Assembly: GCA_964490105.1 (NCBI GenBank)
Contig: CAZAZU010000001.1
Span: 370,361-434,360, forward strand
Length of the DNA: 64,000 bases
Reading direction: 5' to 3'
Source: an uncultured Gammaproteobacteria bacterium
Lineage (GTDB): Bacteria > Patescibacteriota > Microgenomatia > Levybacterales > UBA12049
Shown here: positions 27,189-36,821 of the stretch, piece by piece
Layout: every line of letters starts with the position of its first letter
How positions within the stretch are numbered: position 1 is the stretch's first letter
Made by a program: the position numbers and the translations under genes
Notes under the pieces: generated by a model
Database searches by the model: none
Told to the model about the DNA's origin: nothing
The model's input: the letters and a program-made list of their open reading frames with translations, nothing else

Positions 27189-30100
27189 CTAGGGCATTAT
27201 CAAATCAGGAGGAGGACCAAACGGTCTTTCTATCTCGATCACATTCCCACTATCGGTAAATCTAAATACCGGGTGAGATAACGATAACCCAGCGGTATTA
27301 AGCGCAGCCTCATCAGAGGAATGAATAAACACTCTAGCATCGTCATTTTTAAATGCAAACCAAACAGCCTCTGAAAGACCAACCGGGAATACCCAGGCTT
27401 GACCATCTTTTGTAGGAACATTAACAAAATGGAACTGAGTATCTTTTTGCGACCAATATGATGTGTATTGTGACTCCATAGAAATAAAGAATCTCTTAGT
27501 TTTATTTCCTGCCTCATGCCAATTAAATAACGTACTTTGAATTTGAATTATGTGAAATAGTGCAAATACTAAAATGGCAACAGTTGTAAAACCAATAGCG
27601 ATTTCCTTACCGCTTTCTTCTAAATATCCATAAACTTTTTTAAGAATTATTACGAGAATAAATACAACTCCCATCGTTGATAGGTAGCTATATCGTGAGG
27701 TCATATTACCAAGCCCCAGGAATGGTAGAAGTGAAATTACAAAAAAGATAAATCCAAATACAATTATTCTTTTCTCCCAACTGCTAAATCTATGTGCGAA
27801 TAATTTATAGATGACCCAGCAAATTAAAGCAGGAATAGGAACAGCAATTAAAGAAATAATAATATTCTCTCTGGCAAAATTTCTAAGAGACTCATATAGC
27901 GGGAATGACATCGGACCCAAAACACCCAATGAAAAATAACCAAATACATTTCCGATTAAATTAAATGGAAGGTTAATTGGATCATAACTATAATCTCCGC
28001 TAAACCAATGACTCTTAGAAACCACACGTAGCACTAAATATCCTAGAATTGGAATCCATAGAATTAAATAATCGAATTTTCTTAGAAGACTTTTAATGCT
28101 TCCCATAAATCCATCCTTAAATATCTTGTATGCAAAAATAAGAAGTGGAGCTACAACTCCTAACTCATGGAAAATCAGAGCAAAACAAATAGAAATCAGG
28201 GAACCAATTAAGTAATAAATTTTCTTTTTTTCTTCCCAATGAATGAACAAAAGAATTGCTAATAATGAAAATACAGCGTTAAATAAATGCCCAATTGAAG
28301 AAATCCAAAATACATTTTCCAAAGGACCGCTTAGAATTAAGAATGTAAATGCGGCAAGTGCTGCTAGCTTAACTCCTCCAAATATTTTTCTTGCAATTAA
28401 GAAAAATAATGATGCTGCCATAAAATGCAAAACTAAGGATGAAAAATGATAAACAACTTGGTTAAGCCAGAATATTTGATACATAAGATAGAAATATATC
28501 TTCATCCCTGGTCTATAAAAGAATCCATCTGAATTAACAAAATAATTAACAAATAAATTTGGCGCAGAACAGTTACCACAGTCTGCTGCCCATTTAAGCC
28601 ATGTGAAATCATCAGCAACGAAATAATTTCCAATCATTGGAGCAAACAAAACAAGACAGAATACAAATAGATATGCTATCACTGCGTAACTCGAGGTCAG
28701 TGATTTTTTTATTTCATTTAAGAGCGTGAATGAATGTCTTCGATACATTTCAAGTGTTGCAATTGAAATTCCAACTAAGATCCAGAGTATGAATGCTATT
28801 TTAGAAGCCTCAAAAACATCAATAAGTGTCGCATTCAAGAACAGTCCTATTATTCCTGCTGATAAACCAAGAATAAAGCTTTTTGCTAGAGGTGAATCGA
28901 TATCAGGATATATTTTCTTTGTATAAATTCCTAGAATTAAGAATAAAAGTAAAAATGAGATAAACCCTAAGAGCCCTGTCTCACCAAGTATTCTTAAGTA
29001 ATTATTGTCTACCGCTAAACTTACTGATCCATAACCGCTTCCAACAAGTAAATTTCTCTTAAATGCTTCAATTGCTCTTGGCCATTCTCCTTGAAATCTA
29101 GTAGTAAACGACAAATCATAGGCTGAAGCTCTTTTAACAATAAAATTTCCCCTAAGAACTAGCGCTGAAGAAGATGACCCAGCATTGGATGGAAGTTCTA
29201 TAAAAAAACTATTTGCTCTCTTTACAACCGGTGATAAATAAAGATTTGTGTATCCTGTACCTTGAGGCAAATTTTCCCCAGTTGAAATATTTACTGCTGT
29301 TAAGATCGGCACTTCTTGGGGAATAAATCTATAGGGAAGAATTATCGCATCCTCTGAATCAACTTCTTCTTTCTGGCTGGCTCTAATTGCATCCGCAAGC
29401 TCTACTTGGTCTTTTACTGTTCTTTGAAGAACGATTTTATCCTTAAAATATTCTTTTGGGACAAATCTAACATGCCCAATTGATTCACCTGTCGCAGCGT
29501 CTACTAATACATCAGCCTCCGAAACTGTACTTTTAAATCGATCAAAAAGAGACGACTGAAGAGTTATAAAAAGAACTCCTCCGATTAGGGCAACTGGAAT
29601 TAAAGCTAAAAGTAATTTCTTTTTTTGAAATAATAGTACAAAACCTAAGGAAATAAATAATACAAAGAAGGATACTCGAGAAACAGTCATCAGAAGAAGA
29701 GCGACCCCAGCTAGAGAAATAACAACAACTAGTATTCGTACAAACCAATTCTTAAGCCCAAATGCAAGACTCACGAGAATTGGAATTACCAAAACCAGAT
29801 ATGCAGCCAAATCATAATGCCCTGCAAAAGTTGAAGGAACCCGAGATAATTCTGATAGCGTGATCGGAGTTCCCTTCGCAAACTCCTCGTTCATAGTTAA
29901 GAATGCAGGAAAACCTAAGTATTTTTGACCAAACCCATAAAAAATAACCGCTACTAAAGTAATAATCATAACCGACACAACGTATGGCAAATATTTCCTG
30001 TCTTTCATTCCGTGGTAACCTATGAAAAACAAGCTCATGTATTCGATGTGACGCACCAAACTCAAGAAAGCGACATTTGCAAAAGCGTTTGAGACAGTGG

Positions 30101-30416
30101 GAAAAATAAGAAGAATTCCATGAATCGTAGCTACAGCTCCAATAACCCAAAAAATTAAGATAGGAATAGTTAGCGGAGTTTTTAAGGTAATTTTCTTTCT
30201 TACGAGTAAGGTTAGCCACGAAAGAATTACGAAAAATACTAAAAAGTCCTCAACTCTTATATAAACCCATGTATTTTGAATATCTAAAAGGGGTAGTTTT
30301 GGGTAAAGCGGAATAAAAATTAACAAAAAGAGACTCTCAAGAAATAAAATATTTTCCCAAGTCCATTTAAAAAATTTTTTAGTCCTGTTATTTAAAAAGT
30401 TCGAGAGCTTGGCCAT
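27189..30416 (-). CDS. 1075-aa fusion: Wzy_C-family domain (O-antigen ligase/polymerase/PglL-type) fused to a second GT-C-like polytopic domain with C-terminal soluble domain
   Basis: The N-terminal third has Wzy_C-like helices (MTVSRVSFFVLF), a large periplasmic loop, and a GSGYGSVSLAVDNNYLRILGETGLLG motif that fits the Wzy_C HNxYLxxxxExGxxG signature (here D in the His position). The C-terminal two-thirds begins NYFVADDFTWLKW (DD/DE loop motif), has more than 12 further TMs, and ends in a ~150-aa soluble domain. Confidence 0.6.
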   Translation of the reverse strand: MAKLSNFLNNRTKKFFKWTWENILFLESLFLLIFIPLYPKLPLLDIQNTWVYIRVEDFLVFFVILSWLTLLVRKKITLKTPLTIPILIFWVIGAVATIHGILLIFPTVSNAFANVAFLSLVRHIEYMSLFFIGYHGMKDRKYLPYVVSVMIITLVAVIFYGFGQKYLGFPAFLTMNEEFAKGTPITLSELSRVPSTFAGHYDLAAYLVLVIPILVSLAFGLKNWFVRILVVVISLAGVALLLMTVSRVSFFVLFISLGFVLLFQKKKLLLALIPVALIGGVLFITLQSSLFDRFKSTVSEADVLVDAATGESIGHVRFVPKEYFKDKIVLQRTVKDQVELADAIRASQKEEVDSEDAIILPYRFIPQEVPILTAVNISTGENLPQGTGYTNLYLSPVVKRANSFFIELPSNAGSSSSALVLRGNFIVKRASAYDLSFTTRFQGEWPRAIEAFKRNLLVGSGYGSVSLAVDNNYLRILGETGLLGFISFLLLFLILGIYTKKIYPDIDSPLAKSFILGLSAGIIGLFLNATLIDVFEASKIAFILWILVGISIATLEMYRRHSFTLLNEIKKSLTSSYAVIAYLFVFCLVLFAPMIGNYFVADDFTWLKWAADCGNCSAPNLFVNYFVNSDGFFYRPGMKIYFYLMYQIFWLNQVVYHFSSLVLHFMAASLFFLIARKIFGGVKLAALAAFTFLILSGPLENVFWISSIGHLFNAVFSLLAILLFIHWEEKKKIYYLIGSLISICFALIFHELGVVAPLLIFAYKIFKDGFMGSIKSLLRKFDYLILWIPILGYLVLRVVSKSHWFSGDYSYDPINLPFNLIGNVFGYFSLGVLGPMSFPLYESLRNFARENIIISLIAVPIPALICWVIYKLFAHRFSSWEKRIIVFGFIFFVISLLPFLGLGNMTSRYSYLSTMGVVFILVIILKKVYGYLEESGKEIAIGFTTVAILVFALFHIIQIQSTLFNWHEAGNKTKRFFISMESQYTSYWSQKDTQFHFVNVPTKDGQAWVFPVGLSEAVWFAFKNDDARVFIHSSDEAALNTAGLSLSHPVFRFTDSGNVIEIERPFGPPPDLIMP

Positions 30417-31266
30417 AAGTACTTATGTAATAACTATTATTAGTGATCTTGCCTAATAAGTAAACACTTTTTGCTTTAGTAAAAAGAACCGCTCTAACTA
30501 TTCTATAGCTAATCTTACTTTTATGTTTCTTATAAAAGTAAAGAATGCCTTTATATATATTTACTATCGCAAATGTCCTACTACTGCTTCCCTGTTCTTT
30601 ATGCATCACCAAAACGTCCGGGAAAAAATAGGTATCAAGTCCAGTCTTTTTCGCTCTGTACGAGATCTCCATATCCTCCATGTACATGAAGATGTTTTTA
30701 TCAAATCCGCCAATCCGCTCATAAACACTCCTGGAAATCATAAGGCACGCTCCAGCTACCCAGTCAACTTTAGTTATCTTTTTTGGGCTACTTTTTAATA
30801 ATCCTAATTTTTCTCCCCCAAAAATAAGGAGAAAAAAATTAAAAAGATTATAAAATTTTCCAGCAGAAGGCTGTGGGGATTTATCATAATTAGATAGTTT
30901 TCCGCCAATTATTCCAGCTTTCGGATTTTCTTTCAAAAAATCCACCATCTTAAGAAAGCCCTTATCTCCAACTTTTGTATCAGAATTTAGAAACAATATA
31001 TAATCACCCTTAGAGTTTTCTGCTCCTAAATTACATCCCCTTCCAAAACCCAAATTTTCTTTGCTTTTTATGAGTTTTATGTGACTTTTACTTGAGAGGT
31101 ATTTCTCAATTCCCTTAACAACTTCCTCGCGTGATGCATTATCAACAACTACAATCTCGACGACCTCATCCTTAAGTTCTTGAGCGAACTGCTCCCTGAG
31201 TGAATCTAAGCATTCGATGATCAAATCCAGCGTGTTATAGCTTAATATTACAATTGAAAGTGTCAT
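30388..31266 (-). CDS. Glycosyltransferase family 2
   Basis: LSIVILSYNTLDLIIECLDSL...VVDNASRE and FLNSDT (DxD) identify GT2. Confidence 0.8.
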   Translation of the reverse strand: MTLSIVILSYNTLDLIIECLDSLREQFAQELKDEVVEIVVVDNASREEVVKGIEKYLSSKSHIKLIKSKENLGFGRGCNLGAENSKGDYILFLNSDTKVGDKGFLKMVDFLKENPKAGIIGGKLSNYDKSPQPSAGKFYNLFNFFLLIFGGEKLGLLKSSPKKITKVDWVAGACLMISRSVYERIGGFDKNIFMYMEDMEISYRAKKTGLDTYFFPDVLVMHKEQGSSSRTFAIVNIYKGILYFYKKHKSKISYRIVRAVLFTKAKSVYLLGKITNNSYYISTYGQALELFK

Positions 31267-31820
31267 TATCTAAACCAAGCAGCTCTACCTAATTTATATT
31301 GAGGGTCTTTCAAGCCTCTTTCTCCAATTTCTTTTGCAGGAACTCCGCCTACTATTTTATACTCCGGGACATCTTTTGTAACTACCGCACCAGCGCCTAC
31401 CACCGCGCCTTTTCCGATTTTGACCCCAGGAAGAATTATTGCGCGGGGCCCGATAAAAACATGATCTCCTATTTCAACAGGGGCTGTTATCGCCTTAAAT
31501 TTTTCGTCATTTATGTCGTGCTCTGAATTATAAATCATAACACCTGTTGCTATATCCACATGATTTCCAATCTTTAATTTATCTCTTCCATCAAGCACAG
31601 CCCACTCACCAATTATCGAATCATTCCCAATCTCTATTCCGCTTGAGTTATAAGTAGAAAGAGCCATATGAATCGTAGAACCGCGCCCTATTTTCATTCC
31701 AAAAACTCTATAGGAAAATCTTCTTAAATGATGACTTGGTATAAATCCAACTATCCAGATTAAAAATCCATTTACAAATTCCAGTCCGATAGCGCTTAAT
31801 CTTCTATTTATTTTATCCAC
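31266..31820 (-). CDS. Hexapeptide-repeat (LbH) sugar O-acetyltransferase, WbbJ/WcaF/MAT-like
   Basis: Left-handed beta-helix repeats (IGNHVDIATGVMIY, IGDHVFIGPRAIILPGVKIGKGAVVGAGAVV). The N-terminus is hydrophobic. Confidence 0.75.
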   Translation of the reverse strand: MDKINRRLSAIGLEFVNGFLIWIVGFIPSHHLRRFSYRVFGMKIGRGSTIHMALSTYNSSGIEIGNDSIIGEWAVLDGRDKLKIGNHVDIATGVMIYNSEHDINDEKFKAITAPVEIGDHVFIGPRAIILPGVKIGKGAVVGAGAVVTKDVPEYKIVGGVPAKEIGERGLKDPQYKLGRAAWFR

Positions 31821-32946
31821 GTCCTACCTCCTCCAAGACAGCTAAGGTTTGTCTCGCAGACTTTTCCCAGGAAAATTTTTCAATCTGCTTTTTGCCTTTT
31901 TCTACTAATTGCTTTCTTAGGTTATCGTCATGAAGTAATTTTTTCATTTTTTCAGCTATATCCATCGTATCATTTGGATCGACATAAAGCGCTGCATCTC
32001 CTCCCACCTCAGGAAGACTTGAAATATTACTCGTGATAACAGGTGTCCCATAATTCATCGCTTCAAGAACCGGAATTCCAAAACCCTCATAAAGACTTGG
32101 AAGAATAAAAAACTCTGCATTTTTATAAAGAGATGGTAGATCTTCGTCCGATACATTTTCTAAGAAGATCACTTTATCCTTAACGTTATATTTTTCCGGA
32201 GCATTAAGTATTTCTTCATATTGCCACCCGCGTCTTCCTACGATGATCAAGCTAACATCAGTGTCAATTTTAGAAAATGCCTCAATAAGGCGTTTTATAT
32301 TTTTTCTTGGTTGAAGTGTCCCTACAAACAAAATATATTTTCCGCTCACTCCAAATTTTTTGCTCAAATCTTCCATGCTTAATTTATTATTTACGCTTAA
32401 ATTTCTACTAATTCCTGGGTAAATTACTTCTACTTTATCTTTCGAAACCTTGTATTCTTTGATTATATCATTCTTACTTGACTGACTAATTGTTAGAATT
32501 TTTCTTGATTTCTTAGCTGAATATTTTGTCCATTTTTTAAGCTGAATTAAATCTTTTTTCTTAAAAAGCTCTGGAAAATAGATATAAGAAACATCAAGAA
32601 TTGATACTACGCTTTTTTTAGGCGCAAACAAGGGAAGATAATGAGTTGGAGTAAAAAAAACATCAACTGATCTGTTTTTTAAAAGATCAAACGAAAGAGA
32701 CGTAATCGTCCACATTTTCCGAGAAGCTAAAACTCTATATTTCCATTTATCACTTGCTTTCGGTAAATCGCTGGTAGGACTCTGGGGTAAAAATATTTCA
32801 TAATTATTTTCTCTATCAATATTTGATAAATTATTTAAAAGCTCAAAACAATAGACACTGCTCCCAACTCTATTTGGAAGCCCGGTATCTTTGTTATAAC
32901 CAAATCTTGGAACTACCGCTTCGTAGCCATTAATTCCTATTTTCAT
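31813..32946 (-). CDS. Glycosyltransferase family 4
   Basis: EGFGIPVLEAMNYGTPVITSNISSLPEVGGDAALYVDPND is a classic GT4 C-terminal signature. Confidence 0.85.
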   Translation of the reverse strand: MKIGINGYEAVVPRFGYNKDTGLPNRVGSSVYCFELLNNLSNIDRENNYEIFLPQSPTSDLPKASDKWKYRVLASRKMWTITSLSFDLLKNRSVDVFFTPTHYLPLFAPKKSVVSILDVSYIYFPELFKKKDLIQLKKWTKYSAKKSRKILTISQSSKNDIIKEYKVSKDKVEVIYPGISRNLSVNNKLSMEDLSKKFGVSGKYILFVGTLQPRKNIKRLIEAFSKIDTDVSLIIVGRRGWQYEEILNAPEKYNVKDKVIFLENVSDEDLPSLYKNAEFFILPSLYEGFGIPVLEAMNYGTPVITSNISSLPEVGGDAALYVDPNDTMDIAEKMKKLLHDDNLRKQLVEKGKKQIEKFSWEKSARQTLAVLEEVGRG

Positions 32947-33055
32947 GCTCTTTCGCTCCTTCTTATCATTCTCATACCTACTTCAATATTTTCTTTTCCG
33001 AAACTCGCTTGGAGCTTCAGAAGCATGACCCTTCCGAAATTTCCATGAATGAGGG

Positions 33056-33589
33056 TCATATTGCAGGATATATTACTTTTATTTTATTTGAATCAATTTT
33101 TAAAATCTCCTCTATGTCTTTTTTACTAGATTCTGAAATTGTAAAAACAATACTTGACTCCTTTTTTAACCATTTTATTTTTCTTTTTTGAGTATCGATT
33201 ATTTTCCCTGCAGTTTCTTCTGGATTTTTATAAATTATTAGGTCGTATATGATTGTCGCCTTCTTCGCTTTTTTAGTAGGAGGCTCTGTCCAGTCAGATG
33301 TAATAAAAATATCAATGTCTCCGATTAACCATTCCACAGGAAGGATGTGCAATCTGTTCCAGAGCTGGTCTAGTAAAATTGGCGGGAACTTAAATGTTTT
33401 AATTGTAACTCTCGGGCTACTCTGAATATTAAATAGAGAAAGATCCAAATCCCGTCTTAAAGAAGAAAAAAACAATACGTACTCATTGTTCTTATCTTCT
33501 TTAAGTAAGTTTTCAACTAAATTTATCAGGTAATTTGAAACACCAGTTTTTGAATAAACAACCTGACTGACATCAATTCCAATTCTCAT
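33056..33589 (-). pseudogene. GT4 N-terminal-domain-only fragment (probable remnant of a tandem GT4 duplicate)
   Basis: MRIGIDVSQVVYSKTGVSNYLINL resembles the N-terminus of the adjacent full-length GT4 (MKIGING...). The ORF ends after ~177 aa, before any Glycos_transf_1 domain. A 109-bp non-coding stretch with a small hairpin follows. Confidence 0.45.
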
Positions 33590-33817
33590 TTATTTATTAT
33601 GACGGAGTTTTATTAAATTTAAAATGACTGCAAATGAAAAGAATAAAAATGCGAACCAAACAAGTCTTTGCGCCGTAAAAAACACCCACTGAGAAAAAAG
33701 AGGAACAGATATTCCGATGCATATCAAGCCTGCAATAGCAAAATACCTTGGATCTCTTTTGATTAAGAGCAGTAAAAAAACGGCAATAAACAGTAAATCC
33801 TGCGGTTTAAAATCCAT
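33590..33817 (-). CDS. Small 3-TM membrane protein (possible GtrA/DUF2304-like accessory of the adjacent polyprenyl-P-sugar synthase)
   Basis: The 75-aa protein has three hydrophobic helices. It sits immediately downstream of, and 6 nt from, the DPM1/GtrB-like GT2 gene. Confidence 0.35.
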   Translation of the reverse strand: MDFKPQDLLFIAVFLLLLIKRDPRYFAIAGLICIGISVPLFSQWVFFTAQRLVWFAFLFFSFAVILNLIKLRHNK

Positions 33818-33823
33818 TTGAAT

Positions 33824-34750
33824 CTAGCTGGAATATTTTAAGAGAATTTTAGAATCGTTTTCATTTTTGCTGTTTATGTTAAGAACTAAATCTGCAATTA
33901 ACCCTGTAAACCCTGCCTGAAGACCAGAAATAATTAGAAGCATTCCAAGGAAAAGTAATGGACGTCTTCCTATTGACTCTCCCTGAAAATGAATAAATGA
34001 AAGATAAAGGAGGATTATTAATCCAAGAAAAACTAAAGCTCCTCCAAAAAATCCGAAGAAATGAAGCGGGCGCTTACTGTATTTGCTTAAAAAAACCATT
34101 GTCATCATATCTGGCATTTGAGTAAGAACTTTTATAGCACCGTATTTACTCTTTCCCCATTTTCTTACATCATGAACAACAGGAACCTCTGTGACACGAA
34201 ACCCTTCCTGCGCTACTAAAAGCGGTATGAATCTGTGCATTCCACCATATAAATTTACAGATTTCGCAGCTTCACTAATATATAATTTCAAACCACAATT
34301 ATAGTCATGAAGTCTAACTCCCCAGAAAGTTGAAGCGACTAAATTAAAGACCTTTGAAAAAATAATTTTCGCAAGCGAATCTTTTCTGTCTTTTCTCCAG
34401 CCAGAAACCATATCAAATCCTTCTTTATGTTTTTCAATTAGCTTGTGGACCTCTGACGGCTTGTCCTGAAGATCAGCGTCCATTGTAACGATCAGATCCC
34501 CTTTAGCTTTTTGAAATCCAAAAGTTAATGCTTCTGCCTTTCCATGATTTCTCCTAAATGAATAGATTCTGACATTTGAGTCTTTTTTTTCTAGATCTTT
34601 AATAAGTTCAAGTGTTTTATCCTGTGAACCATCATCAATAAAAATTATTTCGTATTCTTTAGATAAAATTTTTGCGTGCTTTAATAACTCTTCGTAAAAA
34701 TGAAGAACACTTTCCTCTTCGTTAAAAACTGGTACTACATAACTAATCAT
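33824..34750 (-). CDS. GT2 polyprenyl-phosphate sugar synthase (DPM1/GtrB/CsbB/ArnC-like) with C-terminal TM hairpin
   Basis: VVPVFNEEESV, IFIDDGSQDKT, RRNHGKAEAL and IVTMDADLQD are signatures of this family. Two C-terminal TM helices match the GtrB/ArnC architecture. Confidence 0.8.
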   Translation of the reverse strand: MISYVVPVFNEEESVLHFYEELLKHAKILSKEYEIIFIDDGSQDKTLELIKDLEKKDSNVRIYSFRRNHGKAEALTFGFQKAKGDLIVTMDADLQDKPSEVHKLIEKHKEGFDMVSGWRKDRKDSLAKIIFSKVFNLVASTFWGVRLHDYNCGLKLYISEAAKSVNLYGGMHRFIPLLVAQEGFRVTEVPVVHDVRKWGKSKYGAIKVLTQMPDMMTMVFLSKYSKRPLHFFGFFGGALVFLGLIILLYLSFIHFQGESIGRRPLLFLGMLLIISGLQAGFTGLIADLVLNINSKNENDSKILLKYSS

Positions 34751-34778
34751 AATTTTTGGAGTTTCAAACCTAATTTTA

Positions 34779-36815
34779 TCATTTCCTGTCTCTTTTTGCT
34801 AAATTTATAATTAAGAAAAGAATAATTACCACAAAAGCTGACAGACTCACTATAATCCCTTTATTAACCCAATCTTGAGGTTTGTAGTAGACTTTTAGGT
34901 TATAGTTGCCATCTCTGGGTAGGATAAAACTATTGATTTTATTTTTATATACAGCGCTACCAATCACCATATCCCCGTCTACCGCAACCCAACCAGGGTC
35001 ATAATTTTCAGAAAAAATTACCGAATCTCCTCTTCTGCCTCCTTCAATATTAATTCTGTATTCAACAGGATTAATGTACTGATATTTTATTTTTGCATCG
35101 ATATTTTCAGAACCAGAATTAAAAATATAAAAACGGCTTTTTGGCTGCTTAACCTCAAATAAAACTAATTTCCCGAATTTACTTTTTTCTTCTAAAAAAC
35201 TCGATTTTCTAAGACTATTAATAGTATTTTCGTATAAAACGATATCAGGATTTCCATCATTCACAAAAATCTGGTTATTAATATCATCTGGTACCACTAT
35301 ATATTTAACTGAAGAAAGATCCACCAATCTCCTATCTAAACTGACCTGGTTAACTAGTTTTTTGTTGTCATAAATTTCATACAATGCGCGGGCAGGAATA
35401 ATTGGATTCGTAGGTGAGTAATAGGAATAAGGAGTAAAATTTGGAACCCAAAGAGTTCGATAATAATCTTTATCTTTAATCAGATAATTTGCCAGATCAA
35501 CATAGTTCCCGGGGATACTCCTAGAAGTAAATGTCCCCGTTAAGCCTCCCGTAAACGTCTGGTGAATCAATAAACCCCAAATTACAATAAAAATTAATAT
35601 TAAAATTTCTTGATTTAAGGGTTTTGACTTAATCTTTATTAGCTTTGAAAGTAGGAAAATACTATATGGTATAAGAACTGAATAAGCGACAGCTATTAAG
35701 CCATACCATTTTGTAGGATCTCGAAACATCAGAAATCCTGGGATATTGTTAAACAACCATAGGTATATGTTTCCAAACGGAGCCGTAGAACCCTTAGCCA
35801 GAAAAATACCTAAGATCCCGATAGCTAAAAATGTTAGAACAATTCTCTTCTCAAGTAAATTTCTGGTGTTAAGTAAAATTAAGCTCAAAAATCCAATCAG
35901 GGGAATTAGCAAAAATTCCGGACGCATAAAGTGTGTTTTTCCAAAAATATTTTCAGGCCAATTAGGATGAAGCAGTGAAATTGTGTTCTCTAATCGAGCA
36001 AAACTTAAATAATCAACCATACCTTGATTTGTATAAGATTCTCCTAAATTACTTAAAGGATTTTGCCCTGTAAGAACGAATGGAACAATCCAAAAGAAAT
36101 TTAAAAACACAATTACAATTCCAGGAACTATCAAAAATGAAACTAGAGTTTCTTTTAAGCTTTTAAAGAAATTATTGCTCAAAAGAAAAATAATGTAATA
36201 AATACCTACTATAAATAATGATATGTAACCAATTCTGGGATCGATCATCAACTGAACAGAATATAAAATCCCAGCGACAATTGAGATAGCTATAATCTGT
36301 TTTGAAGCTAAGTTTTTTAAAATGTTCGCAAAACCAAACAAAACTAGTGGGATTAGTGAGTATGCTACCCCAACACCTATTTGACCGCCTCCAATCGTCA
36401 TTAGAATATATGTATTTGTTGTAAATATCAGAACAGACAATGCGGCAAGTGCATTGTTATTTATAATTATTTTTTTAAAAAAAACGAATGATCCGATAAG
36501 CGAGAGCAATAAAAATGGAAAATACCAAACAATTTTTTCCGAAATATTCCATTCAAATCCTGCCAGTTTTAAAAGAATTGCCGGAGCAAGTTGCGCATAT
36601 GTGCTTAAGGGAAGCAAAAACGTTATATTATTACCCATTCCATTAGAAAAATTAGCATCCCATGCATAAAAATAAAGCGGAGAAGAAGAGATAGCTTGGG
36701 GAAATTTAAAAGTCCAATCGCCCGTTGATAAAGATTCCAATGAAAACCAGGATCTAAAAATAAATATTACTAATAAAGTAATAATTAGCACTACTATTTT
36801 CCCAATTCTACTCAT
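34779..36815 (-). CDS. Large polytopic membrane protein, GT-C-like (candidate GtrC/YfhO-type transferase using the polyprenyl-P-sugar made by the adjacent GT2)
   Basis: 678 aa with roughly 14 TM helices and a C-terminal ~170-aa extracytoplasmic domain before a final TM. It lies directly upstream of the GtrB-like gene, as in gtrABC and csbB-yfhO pairs. Confidence 0.45.
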   Translation of the reverse strand: MSRIGKIVVLIITLLVIFIFRSWFSLESLSTGDWTFKFPQAISSSPLYFYAWDANFSNGMGNNITFLLPLSTYAQLAPAILLKLAGFEWNISEKIVWYFPFLLLSLIGSFVFFKKIIINNNALAALSVLIFTTNTYILMTIGGGQIGVGVAYSLIPLVLFGFANILKNLASKQIIAISIVAGILYSVQLMIDPRIGYISLFIVGIYYIIFLLSNNFFKSLKETLVSFLIVPGIVIVFLNFFWIVPFVLTGQNPLSNLGESYTNQGMVDYLSFARLENTISLLHPNWPENIFGKTHFMRPEFLLIPLIGFLSLILLNTRNLLEKRIVLTFLAIGILGIFLAKGSTAPFGNIYLWLFNNIPGFLMFRDPTKWYGLIAVAYSVLIPYSIFLLSKLIKIKSKPLNQEILILIFIVIWGLLIHQTFTGGLTGTFTSRSIPGNYVDLANYLIKDKDYYRTLWVPNFTPYSYYSPTNPIIPARALYEIYDNKKLVNQVSLDRRLVDLSSVKYIVVPDDINNQIFVNDGNPDIVLYENTINSLRKSSFLEEKSKFGKLVLFEVKQPKSRFYIFNSGSENIDAKIKYQYINPVEYRINIEGGRRGDSVIFSENYDPGWVAVDGDMVIGSAVYKNKINSFILPRDGNYNLKVYYKPQDWVNKGIIVSLSAFVVIILFLIINLAKRDRK

Positions 36816-36821
36816 ATCAGA

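Noticed and set aside
27239-30219. Minus-strand ORFs nested out of frame inside larger genes (27239-27517, 29542-29748, 29812-30219, and also 50108-50290 and 51907-52098)
   Set aside because: They overlap confidently called genes on the same strand in another frame. Their Cys/Ser/Phe-rich low-complexity translations are typical of frame artefacts.
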